A stretch of DNA of 64,000 nucleotides from an uncultured Oscillospiraceae bacterium (GCA_944385445.1 CALWXF010000007.1:11976-75975), one strand, 5' to 3'; positions 28,293-38,768 are shown, numbered from the stretch's first letter. Notes: generated from the sequence alone by a model not told the origin. Numbers and translations: made by a program.

Positions 28293-29735
28293 TTAGTAAG
28301 CCACGCCCCAGTACACCATGTGCTTGGCGGGCTTGCCGCACACGGGGCACACGTCGCCCAGGTGCTCCTGCTCCAGGGGGATGCAGCGGGAGGACACGCC
28401 CGCCACTTCCTTCATCTTCAGCTCGCAGGCTTCGTCGCCGCACCACATGGTCTTGGCAAAGCCGCCCTGGGTGGCCATCTTCTCCTTGACCTCCTCCAGG
28501 GTGGAGCAGGGGTAGGTGTTCTCGTCCAGGTTGCGCTTGGCCCGGTGGAAGAGGCTCTGCTGAATCTCCTCCAGCAGATTTTTCACGGTCTCCTCGATGT
28601 TGTCCAGGGAGACGAAGGACTTTTCACCGCTGTCCCGGCGCACCAGCACGCACTGGTTCTTCTCCATGTCCTTGGGACCCAGCTCCAGGCGCAGGGGCAC
28701 GCCCTTCATCTCGTACTCGGCAAACTTCCAGCCGGGAGACTGCTCGGAGGCGTCCATCTTCACCCGGATGCCGGCGGCCTTCAGCCGGTCGCACACGGCC
28801 TGGTTGGCCTCGATGACGCCGTCCTTGTGCTGGGCCACGGGGATGACGATGACCTGGGTGGGGGCGATGCGGGGGGGCAGCACCAGGCCATTGTTGTCGC
28901 CGTGGGTCATGATGACACCGCCGATGAGGCGGGTGGACACGCCCCAGGAGGTCTCAAAGGGGGTGTGCAGCTGGTTGTCCTTGCCGGCGAAGCTCACGCC
29001 GAAGGCACGGGCGAAGCCGTCGCCGAAGTAGTGGGAGGTGCCGGCCTGGAGGGCCTTCTTGTCGTGCATCATGCACTCCACGGTGTAGGTGGCCTCGGCG
29101 CCGGAGAACTTCTCCTTATCGGTCTTGCGGCCCTTCACCACGGGCATGGCCAGGTAGTTCTCGCAGAAGTCGGCGTAGATGTTGAACATGCGCTCGGTCT
29201 CTTCAATGGCCTCCTCGGCGGTGGCGTGCATGGTGTGGCCCTCCTGCCACAAAAATTCCCGGTGGCGCAGGAAGGGACGGCTGGTCTTCTCCCAGCGCAG
29301 CACGGAGCACCACTGGTTATACAGCTTGGGCAGGTCCCGGTGGGAGTGGATGATGTGGGAGTAGTGCTCACAGAAGAGGGTCTCGGAGGTGGGGCGGATG
29401 CAGTAGCGCTCCTCCAGCTCCTCGCTGCCGCCGAAGGTGACCCAGGCGCACTCAGGGGCGAAGCCCTCCACATGATCCTTCTCCTTCTGGAGCAGGGACT
29501 CGGGGATGAGCATGGGCAGATATACATTCTCGTGGCCGGTCTCCTTGAACTTCTCGTCCAGAATCTTCTGGAAGTTCTCCCAGATGGCGTAGCCATAGGG
29601 GCGCAGGATGAACATGCCTTTGATGGAAGAATAGTCAATCAGTTCTGCTTTGGTGCACACGTCGGTGAACCACTGGGCAAAGTCGGCCTCCATATCGGTG
29701 ATCTGGCTGACCTGTTTGCTTTTGTCTTGTGCCAT
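28293..29735 (-). CDS. proS: Proline--tRNA ligase (archaeal/eukaryote-like type)
   Basis: [14 protein letters not shown]; RPTSET; LNQW-like YNQWCSV.RWE; FLWQEGHT; QAGTSH; SWGVSTR; C-terminal ..AY. Confidence 0.95.
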   Translation of the reverse strand: MAQDKSKQVSQITDMEADFAQWFTDVCTKAELIDYSSIKGMFILRPYGYAIWENFQKILDEKFKETGHENVYLPMLIPESLLQKEKDHVEGFAPECAWVTFGGSEELEERYCIRPTSETLFCEHYSHIIHSHRDLPKLYNQWCSVLRWEKTSRPFLRHREFLWQEGHTMHATAEEAIEETERMFNIYADFCENYLAMPVVKGRKTDKEKFSGAEATYTVECMMHDKKALQAGTSHYFGDGFARAFGVSFAGKDNQLHTPFETSWGVSTRLIGGVIMTHGDNNGLVLPPRIAPTQVIVIPVAQHKDGVIEANQAVCDRLKAAGIRVKMDASEQSPGWKFAEYEMKGVPLRLELGPKDMEKNQCVLVRRDSGEKSFVSLDNIEETVKNLLEEIQQSLFHRAKRNLDENTYPCSTLEEVKEKMATQGGFAKTMWCGDEACELKMKEVAGVSSRCIPLEQEHLGDVCPVCGKPAKHMVYWGVAY

Positions 29736-29781
29736 AAAACTCTCATTCCTTTTTCAAATAATAAAGGTATCGTAACTATGT

Positions 29782-29810
29782 ATTTTATGGGCCAGAGGGC
29801 AAAAAGTCAA
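29782..29810 (-). promoter_or_regulatory. sigmaA promoter of proS (no T-box leader seen)
   Basis: TTGACT-N17-TAAAAT about 45 nt upstream of the ATG. Confidence 0.7.
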
Positions 29811-29869
29811 GAGCAGAGCGCAAAAAGACAGGGCTTTGACCCAACAAATCAAAGCCCTTTTGCGTGTGT

Positions 29870-30511
29870 TTACAGTAGAGTTTCACTAACTGCCTGTTCC
29901 ACCCGCCGTGCGTTGGCCTCCAGGGCCTTGCAGATCTCCTCCGGCTGGTTGTGCTCCACCCCGGCCAGCATGGCCCGGAAGTCGGAGTGATTGGCCGAAA
30001 GGTCCATGCCGTGGGCGGCATACAGGTTGCGCAGCAGCAGCTGCTGGCCCTGAATGGCCAGCATACTCTTGTCCAGACGGCGGTTGCCGCAGTGGACGTA
30101 AAACACCTCCATAAACCGGTGCACCCCCACCGCCAGCTGCTGCGGCGTCCGGGCGGCCTCAAATTCCGCCAGACGTTCCGCCAGGTGCTGGGCCAGGACC
30201 TGGTGATCCTCCCGCTCCATGGACAGCCGGGCGGCGGCGCAGTGAAGGGTGGTGGCCAGCTGGGTGATCTCCTCCACGTCCTTGGCGTCCAGGGTCAGCA
30301 CCCGGGCGCCCACGTTGTTCTCATAGACAATGAGCCCCTCCTGCTGCAGGCGGTTGATGGCCTCCCGGATGGGGGTGCAGCTGACACCCAGGGAGTCCTG
30401 AAGCTCGTTGACGTTGACCCGGCTGCCCAGAGGCAGACGCAGGGAAATGATATCGCTGCGCAGGCGATCATAGACCTGATCCACCAGCGACCGTTTTTTG
30501 ATGGAAGCCAT
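29870..30511 (-). CDS. GntR family (FCD/FadR-type) transcriptional regulator
   Basis: SLVDQVYDRLRSDII..LGVSCTPIREAINRLQQEGL HTH; GGAGG RBS. Confidence 0.9.
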   Translation of the reverse strand: MASIKKRSLVDQVYDRLRSDIISLRLPLGSRVNVNELQDSLGVSCTPIREAINRLQQEGLIVYENNVGARVLTLDAKDVEEITQLATTLHCAAARLSMEREDHQVLAQHLAERLAEFEAARTPQQLAVGVHRFMEVFYVHCGNRRLDKSMLAIQGQQLLLRNLYAAHGMDLSANHSDFRAMLAGVEHNQPEEICKALEANARRVEQAVSETLL

Positions 30512-30710
30512 GCGGATACCTCCCAACCTGTGCCCTCCCACAGGGGGCCACACTTGTTTCTTGCACTATACAGGATAGCAGATTGGGCGGAGAAAGGCAA
30601 GAAAAATGGCGGGGAGCGGGGGAAAAGTTCCCAGCGGACCCCTTGTCACCGGAGAAAAAACGTGGTACAATTTTCTGCATGAAAACGATTTCACTTTGGA
30701 GGAGAGAGCT

Positions 30711-31640
30711 ATGCGTATTGTCACCATCGGCGAAATTCTCATTGATTTGACCCAGACCGGATATAACCAGCAGAACATCCCCATGTATGCCGCCAATCCC
30801 GGCGGCGCCCCCGCCAACGTGGCGGTGGCGGCGTCCCGCCTGGGGGCGGACACCGCCTTCGTGGGCATGGTGGGCTCCGACGGCTTCGGCACCTACCTGG
30901 ACCAGGTGCTGAAAGACAACGGTGTGAGCACCCAGGGCCTGCGGGTGGGCCAGGGGGCCACCACCCTGGCGGTGGTGTCGGTGAACGCCCAGGGGGAGCG
31001 GTCCTTCCAGTTCATGCGGGGAGCGGACGCCAACCTGACGGCGGACCAGGTGGACCGGGATCTCATTGCCGGGGCGGGCATCGTCCACTTCGGCTCGGTG
31101 AGCCTCACCGCCGATCCCGCTCGCAGTGCCACCCTCCACGCCGTGGAGCTGGCCAAGGAGCAGGGGGTGACGGTGAGCTACGACCCCAACTACCGGGCCG
31201 CCCTGTGGAACAGCCAGGAGGAAGCGGTGGAGTGGATGCGCCGTCCCCTGTCCGGCGTGGACATTCTGAAGCTGTCCGACGAGGAGATGGAGCTGCTCTC
31301 CGGCCATAATGACCCCGAGACCTGCAGTCAGGTGATGGCAGACAAGGGCATCTCCCTGGTGCTCATCACCCTGGGCTCTGAGGGGGTGTTCTACCGTTTG
31401 GGAGAGCACACGGGCATCGTGCCCGGAGTGCCCACCAAGGTGGCGGACACCAACGGTGCTGGGGACACCTTCTTCGGGGGGGTGCTCAGCCGCCTGAGCC
31501 GCCGCACCCAGGGGGCCCTGGAGGGCCTGACCGCTCAGGAGTTGGAGGAGATCCTCACCTTTGCCAACCGGGCGGCCTCGGTGACCTGCTCCCGCAGCGG
31601 CGCCATTCCCGCCATGCCCACTTTGGAAGAGTTGAAATAA
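30711..31640 (+). CDS. PfkB family carbohydrate kinase (fructokinase-like)
   Basis: IGEILID; GGAPANVA; YDPNYR; DTNGAGDTF; promoter TTGTCA-N17-TACAAT at 30643-30671. Confidence 0.92.
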   Translation: MRIVTIGEILIDLTQTGYNQQNIPMYAANPGGAPANVAVAASRLGADTAFVGMVGSDGFGTYLDQVLKDNGVSTQGLRVGQGATTLAVVSVNAQGERSFQFMRGADANLTADQVDRDLIAGAGIVHFGSVSLTADPARSATLHAVELAKEQGVTVSYDPNYRAALWNSQEEAVEWMRRPLSGVDILKLSDEEMELLSGHNDPETCSQVMADKGISLVLITLGSEGVFYRLGEHTGIVPGVPTKVADTNGAGDTFFGGVLSRLSRRTQGALEGLTAQELEEILTFANRAASVTCSRSGAIPAMPTLEELK

Positions 31641-31697
31641 CGTAAAAACGTCCTGCTGCACCCCGCAGCAGGACGTTTTTGTACTTTTGAAACTAAC

Positions 31698-31853
31698 GCC
31701 TCCCTTGTGCAAAGGGAGGTGGCCCGGCGTGAGCCGGGTCGGAGGGATTGACGGTACTGGGTATCCTATTTCAACTTGGCTTTGTTCGGTAGCCGACACA
31801 GACAATCCCTCAGTCAGCCTAACGGCTGCCAGCTCCCTTTACACAAGGAAGCC
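31698..31853. repeat. Family B doublet (B1 plus 31698-31752, B2 minus 31801-31853)
   Basis: Same two units, convergent, between pfkB and the ABC ATPase gene. Confidence 0.9.
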
Positions 31854-31862
31854 TTGCGCACA

Positions 31863-32639
31863 TTAGTACCCCGCCAAAAACTGGCGGGTGCGCTCTTCTT
31901 GGGGGTTCTCAATGACGCTGCGGGCGGGGCCTCGCTCCACGATGACCCCGGCGTCCATGAACATCACCTCGTCGGCCACGTCCCGGGCGAAGGCCATCTC
32001 GTGGGTGACGATGATCATGGTGGTCTTTTGCTCCACCAGGCCCCGGATGACCCGCAGCACTTCTCCGGTGAGCTCCGGGTCCAGGGCGGAGGTGGGCTCA
32101 TCAAAGCATAGAATATCCGGTTTCAGGGCCAGGGCTCGGGCGATGGCCACCCGCTGCTGCTGGCCGCCAGAGAGCTGGCTGGGGTAGTGGCTTGCCCGCT
32201 GCTCCAGGCCCATTTTGGTGAGCAGTTCCAGGCCTTCCTGTTGAATCTCCTCCAAAATGGCCTTTTTGTTGGCCTTGAAGTCGGGCCGCTCCCGGGCCAG
32301 CAGTTCCTTGGCCAGGGTCACATTTTTCAGGGCCGTATACTGGGGAAACAGGTTGAAGGACTGAAACACCATGCCGAAGTGGAGGCGTTTTCTGCGAATT
32401 TCGGCATCGGTCTGGCTGCGGCGGTTGGCGGCGTCAAAGATGACGTTGCCCCCCACCGAGATGGTGCCCTGGTCCGGGGTCTCCAGGAAGTTCAGGCACC
32501 GCAGCAGGGTGGTCTTGCCGCTGCCGGAGGAGCCAATGATGGCCAGGGCCTTGCCCTTCTCCAGGTCAAAGCTGATATCCTCCAGCACCCGGGTGGACCC
32601 AAAGTGTTTTTCCAGGTTGTTTACCTCTAAGATTGCCAT
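31863..32639 (-). CDS. Polar amino acid ABC transporter ATP-binding subunit
   Basis: GSSGSGKTT; [15 protein letters not shown]; [11 protein letters not shown]. Confidence 0.95.
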   Translation of the reverse strand: MAILEVNNLEKHFGSTRVLEDISFDLEKGKALAIIGSSGSGKTTLLRCLNFLETPDQGTISVGGNVIFDAANRRSQTDAEIRRKRLHFGMVFQSFNLFPQYTALKNVTLAKELLARERPDFKANKKAILEEIQQEGLELLTKMGLEQRASHYPSQLSGGQQQRVAIARALALKPDILCFDEPTSALDPELTGEVLRVIRGLVEQKTTMIIVTHEMAFARDVADEVMFMDAGVIVERGPARSVIENPQEERTRQFLAGY

Positions 32640-32656
32640 ATGTCACACCCGCCTTT

Positions 32657-33325
32657 TCAGGAGAAATAGTCCAGCTTCTTTTCCAGCCAGCCGAAGAACA
32701 GGGTGAGCAGGCCGTTGAAGATGAGATAGTACACGCCGGTGAAGAACAGGGGCCACAGCAGATTAGAGTAGCCGTGGGAGGTTTTCAGGAAGGCGTAGCC
32801 CGCCCAAATCAGTTCTTGCAGGGAGATGACACGGGCAATGGCGGTGTCCTTCAGCAGAGTAATGACCTCGTTGGACATGGGGGGTACGATGCGCTTGATC
32901 ATTTGCAGCAGGGTGACGTGGAAGAAAATCTGTCCCTTTGTCATGCCCAGCACCTGCCCGGCCTCCTGCTGTCCCTTGGGGACGCCCTGAATGCCGCCCC
33001 GGTAGATCTCGGAGAAGTAACAGGCGTAGTTGAAGATGAAGGCTACGGCGCAGGCCAGAAATCGCCCCGTCTCTCCGGCGGGCCAGGGGTTTTGGTCCAT
33101 GACCATACCGGGGATGTAGAAGATGATAATGAGCTGGAGCATCAACGGGGTGCCTCGAATGACCCACACCACAAACCGGCACAGCCACCGCAGAGGGGGA
33201 AAGCGGTTCATGGAGCCCCAGCAAATCACAAGCCCTAAGGGCAGCGACCCCAAGAGGGTGATGAAAAACAGCTTTAAGGTCTGTAAAAAGCCCTCATTGA
33301 GTGCGCCGATTACCGTTAAAAACAT
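32657..33325 (-). CDS. Polar amino acid ABC transporter permease
   Basis: RGTPLMLQL; EIYRGGIQGVPKGQ.EA loop; LLKDTA. Confidence 0.93.
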   Translation of the reverse strand: MFLTVIGALNEGFLQTLKLFFITLLGSLPLGLVICWGSMNRFPPLRWLCRFVVWVIRGTPLMLQLIIIFYIPGMVMDQNPWPAGETGRFLACAVAFIFNYACYFSEIYRGGIQGVPKGQQEAGQVLGMTKGQIFFHVTLLQMIKRIVPPMSNEVITLLKDTAIARVISLQELIWAGYAFLKTSHGYSNLLWPLFFTGVYYLIFNGLLTLFFGWLEKKLDYFS

Positions 33326-33404
33326 GGAAATACCACCTTATGTACCAATGTTGTCTACACATTTCAAAGGCAGAGCCTCCGCTCTGCCTTTGAGGGGTCT
33401 GCGG

Positions 33405-34202
33405 TTATTGTTCCACCAGCTTGTCAGCAATGCCGTACTTCTCGGCCAACTGCTGCATGGTGCCATCGGCGTACTTTTCAGCGAAGAACTCGTTGAGCTT
33501 GGCGGCCAGGTCGGAGCCCTTGCGGAAGCCCACGCCGTACTGCTCGTCGGCCAGGGATACGGTGTAGGTCAGGTCCGGGTTGCTGGTTCCCTCGCCGGTG
33601 GAGGCCACGGCCATGAGGTAGTCAATGATGGCCGCATCGGCGGTACCGGAGGACACCTCCAGCAGAGCGGTGGCCTGGTCCTGGGCGGGGGTGTAGGTGA
33701 GGGAGTAAGCATCGGCCTGCTCCATGCCCGCCGAGCCGTTTTCCACCGAGAAGTTCAGCTCCTTGATGCTCTCCACGGTCTGGTATTTCTCTGCCTGATC
33801 GGCCTTGACGATGACCACCTGGGCGTTGTTGAAGTAGGGGTTGGAGCACTCCATGGCCGCCTTCACGTCCTCAGTGAGGGTCATGCCGTTCCAAGCCACG
33901 TCAATGGTCTTGCCGTCCAGCTCCATGGTCTTGCTGTCCCAGTCGATGAGCTGGAACTCCACGTCCACCCCCAGGCTCTCAGCAAAGAGGGTGGCCATGT
34001 CGGCGTCAAAGCCCACCCAGTTGCCGTTGTCATCCTGGTAGTCCATGGGTTCAAACTCGGTGATGCCCACCACCAGAGTGCCCTTGTCCTGGACATAGGC
34101 CAGATCGCTGGTGGTCTCGGTATTTTTTGCGTCTTTGCTGCCGCAAGCGGCCAGGCTCAGCCCCATAGCCAGGGCCAGCGCCAGAGAAATCATCTTTTTC
34201 AT
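33405..34202 (-). CDS. Polar amino acid ABC transporter substrate-binding lipoprotein
   Basis: Lipobox LAAC; GFDAD; WNGMT; EQYGVGFRK; promoter TTTACA-N17-TAAAAT at 34257-34285. Confidence 0.92.
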   Translation of the reverse strand: MKKMISLALALAMGLSLAACGSKDAKNTETTSDLAYVQDKGTLVVGITEFEPMDYQDDNGNWVGFDADMATLFAESLGVDVEFQLIDWDSKTMELDGKTIDVAWNGMTLTEDVKAAMECSNPYFNNAQVVIVKADQAEKYQTVESIKELNFSVENGSAGMEQADAYSLTYTPAQDQATALLEVSSGTADAAIIDYLMAVASTGEGTSNPDLTYTVSLADEQYGVGFRKGSDLAAKLNEFFAEKYADGTMQQLAEKYGIADKLVEQ

Positions 34203-34353
34203 ATCCTCATATCCTCCTCGTTGTGCCCTTCTGTGGATAGAGGGGCCAGTGACGGTATTTTAGCACAGTAGTGAGATAATGTAAAGAGGCAAAAAAGAAA
34301 AGGTGTCCCCGGCGAATGGACAATTCCGACGGGGACACACAGGTGGATACCGT

Positions 34354-35031
34354 TTAGCCGTTGCCAGTGGGGATGAAGGGGCGGATGGCCATGGCCACGT
34401 TGGAGATGGGCATGGTCTGGAGCCACACCTTGCCGGGGCCGGTGAGCAGGGTGTTGAAGAGACCCTCGCCGCCCAAAAACTTGTTTTTCAGCCCGGGCAC
34501 CTGCTGGATGTCCATGGTGACGGTGGGGGCAAAGCCGGCCACGTTTCCGGTGTCCACCACGATCTGCTGCCCCGGAGCCAGGTCGTACTCCACCAGTTCG
34601 CCGTCAATTTCCGCAAAGGCCACGCCACGGCCGGATAGGCGCTGCATGATGAAGCCCTCGCCGCCGAAGAAGCCCGCCCCCAGCTTGCGGCTGAAGTGGA
34701 TGGACAGGTCCACCGTGGACTCTGCGGCCAAGAAGGCGTTTTTCTGCAAGATCATCTCTTGGCCGGGTCCGATGTTCAGGGGCATGATTTTGCCGGGGAA
34801 GCTGGAGCCGAAGGCGATCATGCCCTGGCCCCGGGCGGTGTAGATGTTCTGGAACATGCTCTCTCCTGAGAAGGCCCGGGAAAACATCTTGCCCAAACCG
34901 CCCCCGGAGGTCTCCATCTGCATGTTGGGGCTCATCCACACCATGGAGCCCCGCTCGGTGATCATTTGCTCCCGGTCCTGCAAGTGGCAGATGACCACGG
35001 GGAATGCGCCGCCGGTGATTTCGTATCTCAT
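34354..35031 (-). CDS. AIM24 / TIGR00266 family protein
   Basis: MRYEITGGAFP..ERGSMVWMS..FSGESMF..GEGFIMQRLSG.G..VDTGNVAGF..GGEGLF. Confidence 0.88.
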   Translation of the reverse strand: MRYEITGGAFPVVICHLQDREQMITERGSMVWMSPNMQMETSGGGLGKMFSRAFSGESMFQNIYTARGQGMIAFGSSFPGKIMPLNIGPGQEMILQKNAFLAAESTVDLSIHFSRKLGAGFFGGEGFIMQRLSGRGVAFAEIDGELVEYDLAPGQQIVVDTGNVAGFAPTVTMDIQQVPGLKNKFLGGEGLFNTLLTGPGKVWLQTMPISNVAMAIRPFIPTGNG

Positions 35032-35110
35032 AGAAACCCTCCCTTTCGTTTCTCTGGTCAGCCTCATGATACCTGTGGGACAAGGGGGCTGTCAAGGGCA
35101 GAAAAAGTCC

Positions 35111-35139
35111 TTTACAAACCCAGATAAGTGGGCTATAAT
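35111..35139 (+). promoter_or_regulatory. sigmaA promoter
   Basis: TTTACA-N17-TATAAT immediately 5' of the riboswitch. Confidence 0.85.
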
Positions 35140-35144
35140 CTCCT

Positions 35145-35203
35145 GTGGGAATGAAGTTCTCCCACGGGCAACCGAAACCGCTGTGTTCAGCTGATGACTT
35201 CTG
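35145..35203 (+). ncRNA. Fluoride riboswitch (crcB motif)
   Basis: GTGGGAATGAAGTTCTCCCAC..AAACCGCT..AGCTGATGACTTCTG; P1 GTGGGA/TCCCAC; pseudoknot GAAGTT/GACTTC; 3' end overlaps a CTTCTGTGA/TCACAGGGG hairpin. Confidence 0.9.
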
Positions 35204-35395
35204 TGATTTATTTTGGTCACAGGGGGCATTGGCTTTTTTGCTATATAGATATAGCAAAAAAGTACAATGTGCCATTTCCTCGCCCCTTTGGGGCAACCGG
35301 AAAAGATGCACGAAAACTTCATGTGCTCGTTGGGTATCCCGGTTTTGCCGTGCGCTCTGCCCATGAAGTTTTGTGGCCGCAAGGAGGAAACAAAC

Positions 35396-36604
35396 ATGTT
35401 AACATCCCTGGCACTCATATTCCTGGTGGGCCTATCCATGGCGGCCATCGTCCAGCAGCTCAAGCTGCCCCGCATCATCGGGATGCTCATCACCGGCATC
35501 GTGGTGGGCCCCTATGTACTCAATTGGCTGGACCCGTCCATTCTGTCCATCTCGGCGGAACTGCGCCAGATGGCCCTCATTATCATCCTGCTGAAAGCGG
35601 GCCTGTCCCTCAACCTGTCCGACCTGAAAAAGGTGGGCCGTCCGGCGGTGATGATGTCCTTTGTCCCTGCCAGCTTTGAGATTTTGGGCTATGTGCTGGT
35701 GGCCCCCCACCTGCTGGGGGTCAACATCATGGAGGCCGCCGTCATGGGCGCCGTGCTGGGGGCCGTGTCCCCGGCGGTGGTGGTGCCCCGGATGGTGCAG
35801 CTGATGGAGACAGGGTACGGCACCAAAAAGGGTATCCCCCAGATGATTCTGGCCGGGGCCTCCTGTGACGATATCTTTGTCATCGTCCTCTTTACCACCT
35901 TTACCGGTATGGCCCAGGGCGGCAATCCCCAGCTCATGGACTTTGTCAACATCCCCGTGTCCATCGTCCTGGGCGTGGCCTTGGGCGCTGTGGTGGGCTG
36001 GCTTTTGAGCCGCTTTTTCGAGACCGCCTACGCCCACCAGCACTGCGTGCGCAACAGCACCAAGGTCATCATCGTCCTGGGCGTGTCCTTCACCCTCATG
36101 GCAGTGGAGACCTGGCTGGAGGGCATCGTGTCTGTCTCCGGTCTGCTGGCCGTGGTGAGCATGGCTTGCGTGCTGAAAATCAAGAGTCCCACCTTTGTCT
36201 CCAAGCGCCTGTCTGAGAAGTTCGGCAAGCTGTGGATTGCCGCCGAGGTCATCCTCTTCGTGTTGGTGGGCGTTGCTGTGGATATCCGCTACACCATGAG
36301 CGCCGGGGGCGCCGCCGTGCTCATGATTCTGTGCGCCCTGGTATTCCGGGCTGTGGGCGTGTGCCTGTGCGTGGCGGGTACCAAGCTCACCCGCAAGGAG
36401 CGCCTGTTCTGCGTCATCGCCTACCTGCCCAAGGCCACGGTGCAGGCTGCCATCGGCTCGGTGCCCCTGACCATGGGCCTGCCCTGCGGACAGATTGTGC
36501 TGTCTGTGGCGGTGCTGGGCATCCTCATTACCGCGCCCCTGGGGGCCATCGGCATGGACGCCACCTATCGGAAGCTGCTGACCCGGGAGATTTTGGAAGA
36601 ATAA
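35396..36604 (+). CDS. Cation:proton antiporter (CPA/NHA-like)
   Basis: About 12 TM helices; LKLPRIIGML; GAVSPAVVVP; GASCDDIF; PKATVQAAIG. Confidence 0.88.
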   Translation: MLTSLALIFLVGLSMAAIVQQLKLPRIIGMLITGIVVGPYVLNWLDPSILSISAELRQMALIIILLKAGLSLNLSDLKKVGRPAVMMSFVPASFEILGYVLVAPHLLGVNIMEAAVMGAVLGAVSPAVVVPRMVQLMETGYGTKKGIPQMILAGASCDDIFVIVLFTTFTGMAQGGNPQLMDFVNIPVSIVLGVALGAVVGWLLSRFFETAYAHQHCVRNSTKVIIVLGVSFTLMAVETWLEGIVSVSGLLAVVSMACVLKIKSPTFVSKRLSEKFGKLWIAAEVILFVLVGVAVDIRYTMSAGGAAVLMILCALVFRAVGVCLCVAGTKLTRKERLFCVIAYLPKATVQAAIGSVPLTMGLPCGQIVLSVAVLGILITAPLGAIGMDATYRKLLTREILEE

Positions 36605-36624
36605 GAGTAAAACGAGGTGTTTTC

Positions 36625-37293
36625 ATGGAACCCATCGCCCACATTCATACGGATTTCACCAGTAAATTCGGCGTACCCCGCCAGGCGGGGCTGGTGCGTG
36701 AGCTGCAAGCCTCCATCATTTTTGCCCCGGAGTATCGCAACCCGGAGGCGCTGCGGGGGCTGGAGGGCTTCTCCCACCTGTGGCTCATCTGGGAGTTCTC
36801 CCAGTGTGTGGGCAAGCCCTGGTCCCCCACGGTGCGCCCGCCCCGGCTGGGGGGCAATGCCCGCATGGGGGTGTTTGCCACCCGGTCTCCCTTCCGGCCC
36901 AACCCCATTGGCCTGTCCTGTGTGGAGCTGGTGGGGGTGGAGGAACACACCCCCCAGGGCCCGGTGATCTTCGTGGCGGGGGCGGACCTCATGGACGGCA
37001 CCCCCATCTATGACATCAAGCCCTATGTGCCCTATGCCGACTGCCACCCGGAGGCGGTGGGAGGCTTTGCCCAGGACGCCCCGGAGCAAAAGCTGAAGGT
37101 GGATATTCCCCCCCATCTGCTCTGCCTCATCCCCGAGGGGAAGCGGCAGGCCCTGGTGGGAGTGCTGGCCCAAGACCCCCGGCCCCCCTACCAGCGGGAC
37201 AGCCAGCGGGTGTACGGCTTCGGCTTTGGCGGGTTGGAGGTGCACTTCACCGTGGACAACGGTGTAGCCCGTGTGGTGGACATCCATGGATAA
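36625..37293 (+). CDS. trmO: tRNA m6t6A37 methyltransferase TrmO (TsaA)
   Basis: KFGVPRQ; GLEGFSHLWLIWEF; GVFATRSPFRPNPIGLS; DLMDGTPIYDIKPY. Confidence 0.92.
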   Translation: MEPIAHIHTDFTSKFGVPRQAGLVRELQASIIFAPEYRNPEALRGLEGFSHLWLIWEFSQCVGKPWSPTVRPPRLGGNARMGVFATRSPFRPNPIGLSCVELVGVEEHTPQGPVIFVAGADLMDGTPIYDIKPYVPYADCHPEAVGGFAQDAPEQKLKVDIPPHLLCLIPEGKRQALVGVLAQDPRPPYQRDSQRVYGFGFGGLEVHFTVDNGVARVVDIHG

Positions 37294-37305
37294 GGAGGAA
37301 CCGAC

Positions 37306-37932
37306 ATGGAGATGATACGCACCACTTCAGATCTGACCTTCCAGGACTTCCTCCGTTACCCGGCCCTTCGGGTGGAGGAGGGGGAGTTTGCCTTTGTCAC
37401 TGGACGCAGCGGGGCGGGGAAGAGTACCTATCTGCGGCTGCTGAATGGGTCCATTCCCGCCGACCCAGGCTGTATTTTCTACCGGGGCATCCCCCTGGAG
37501 GAGTACCAGATCTTGCCCTATCGCCGCCAGGTGCTGCTGGTGCCCCAGGCGGTGTACCTCATTCCGGGCACCATTTTGGACAACTTCCACTTCTACTACG
37601 ACGCCCGGCGGCAGCAGCGAATCGACGGGGAGCGGGCGGCGGAGTTTTTGCGCCGCTGCTGCCTGGACTTCCCGGTGGATACCTCCTGTGACACCCTGTC
37701 CGGGGGAGAGCGGCAGCGGGTGTTCCTGGCCATTTTCCTCTCTTTGGCCACCGATGTGATCCTGCTGGACGAGCCCACGGCGGCCCTGGACGAGGCCACC
37801 GCCCGGCAGGTGCTGGCAAACATCAAGGAATATTGCAAGGGGCAGGGGCTCACCGCCCTGTGTGTCTGCCACAGCCCCAAGCTGGTGGAGACCTTTGCCG
37901 ACCGGGTGATGGAGATGGGAGGCGCACAATGA
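37306..37932 (+). CDS. ABC ATP-binding protein, FetA/YbbL-like
   Basis: GRSGAGKST; LSGGERQR; DEPTAALD. Confidence 0.85.
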   Translation: MEMIRTTSDLTFQDFLRYPALRVEEGEFAFVTGRSGAGKSTYLRLLNGSIPADPGCIFYRGIPLEEYQILPYRRQVLLVPQAVYLIPGTILDNFHFYYDARRQQRIDGERAAEFLRRCCLDFPVDTSCDTLSGGERQRVFLAIFLSLATDVILLDEPTAALDEATARQVLANIKEYCKGQGLTALCVCHSPKLVETFADRVMEMGGAQ

Positions 37933-38705
37933 ACGGGATTATTCAACTGCAAATTGGGCAGTTTTTGCTCATCTATCTGCTGCTTTTGGTGGTGCTGGTG
38001 GTGATGCGGGTGTGCCGCATCGACCAGACCCGTCTGCTGGTGGTGTCCAGCATGAAGATGACGGTGCAGCTCATCCTGGCGGGGCTCATCCTCACCTACA
38101 TCTTTGAGCACCCTCACCCTCTGTTTGTGGTGGCCTATCTGGGGGCCATGACGGGCTTTTCCATCCACCGGGTGCTGAGCAAGAACCGGGACTTGAATCC
38201 CCGGTTCCGCCTGGTCACCGGGGTGTCCATCGCCGGGGCGGGGCTGTGTGTGTTGGCCTACTTTGTGGCATTGGTGGTGGGAGAGGGCCTCTTCAACCCC
38301 CAGTATGTCATCCCCATCGGGGGCATGGTCATGGGCAACACCATGACCGGGGTGTCCCTGGGGGTGAAGACCTTCCGGGAGTCCATCCACGACCAGCGCA
38401 GTAAGATTGAGGCGCTGGTGTGCGTGGGGGCCTCGGCGGAGGACATTTTGCTGCCCTTTGTCCGTCAGGCCCTGGAGACCGCCATGCTGCCCACCCTCAA
38501 CTCCATGGTGGGTATGGGCATTGTCTCCCTGCCCGGGATGATGACCGGCCAGATTCTGGCGGGCACCCTGCCCATGACCTCCATTCTCTATCAGATCGCC
38601 ATTATGATCGCCATCTGTACCGCTGTCACCTGCGCCTGTTTTGGCACGCTGTACTTCGGCAGCAAGACCCTGTACGACAAGAAACGGCAGATCATTCAAC
38701 TGTAA
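37929..38705 (+). CDS. ABC permease, FetB/YbbM (UPF0014) family
   Basis: MTVQLILAG; PQYVIPIGGMVMGNTM; GIVSLPGMMTGQILAG; YQIAIM. Confidence 0.9.
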   Translation: MNGIIQLQIGQFLLIYLLLLVVLVVMRVCRIDQTRLLVVSSMKMTVQLILAGLILTYIFEHPHPLFVVAYLGAMTGFSIHRVLSKNRDLNPRFRLVTGVSIAGAGLCVLAYFVALVVGEGLFNPQYVIPIGGMVMGNTMTGVSLGVKTFRESIHDQRSKIEALVCVGASAEDILLPFVRQALETAMLPTLNSMVGMGIVSLPGMMTGQILAGTLPMTSILYQIAIMIAICTAVTCACFGTLYFGSKTLYDKKRQIIQL

Positions 38706-38712
38706 AAGCGCT

Positions 38713-38760
38713 AAAACACCCAGAGTATACCGCAAGTACGGTATACTCTGGGTGTTTTTT
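38713..38760. terminator. Bidirectional terminator
   Basis: AAAACACCCAGAGTATACCG-CAAGTA-CGGTATACTCTGGGTGTTTT. Confidence 0.9.
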
Positions 38761-38768
38761 AAATAGGC

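Noticed and set aside
29736-29870. T-box leader for proS
   Set aside because: Promoter is about 45 nt from the ATG; no T-box or specifier motif
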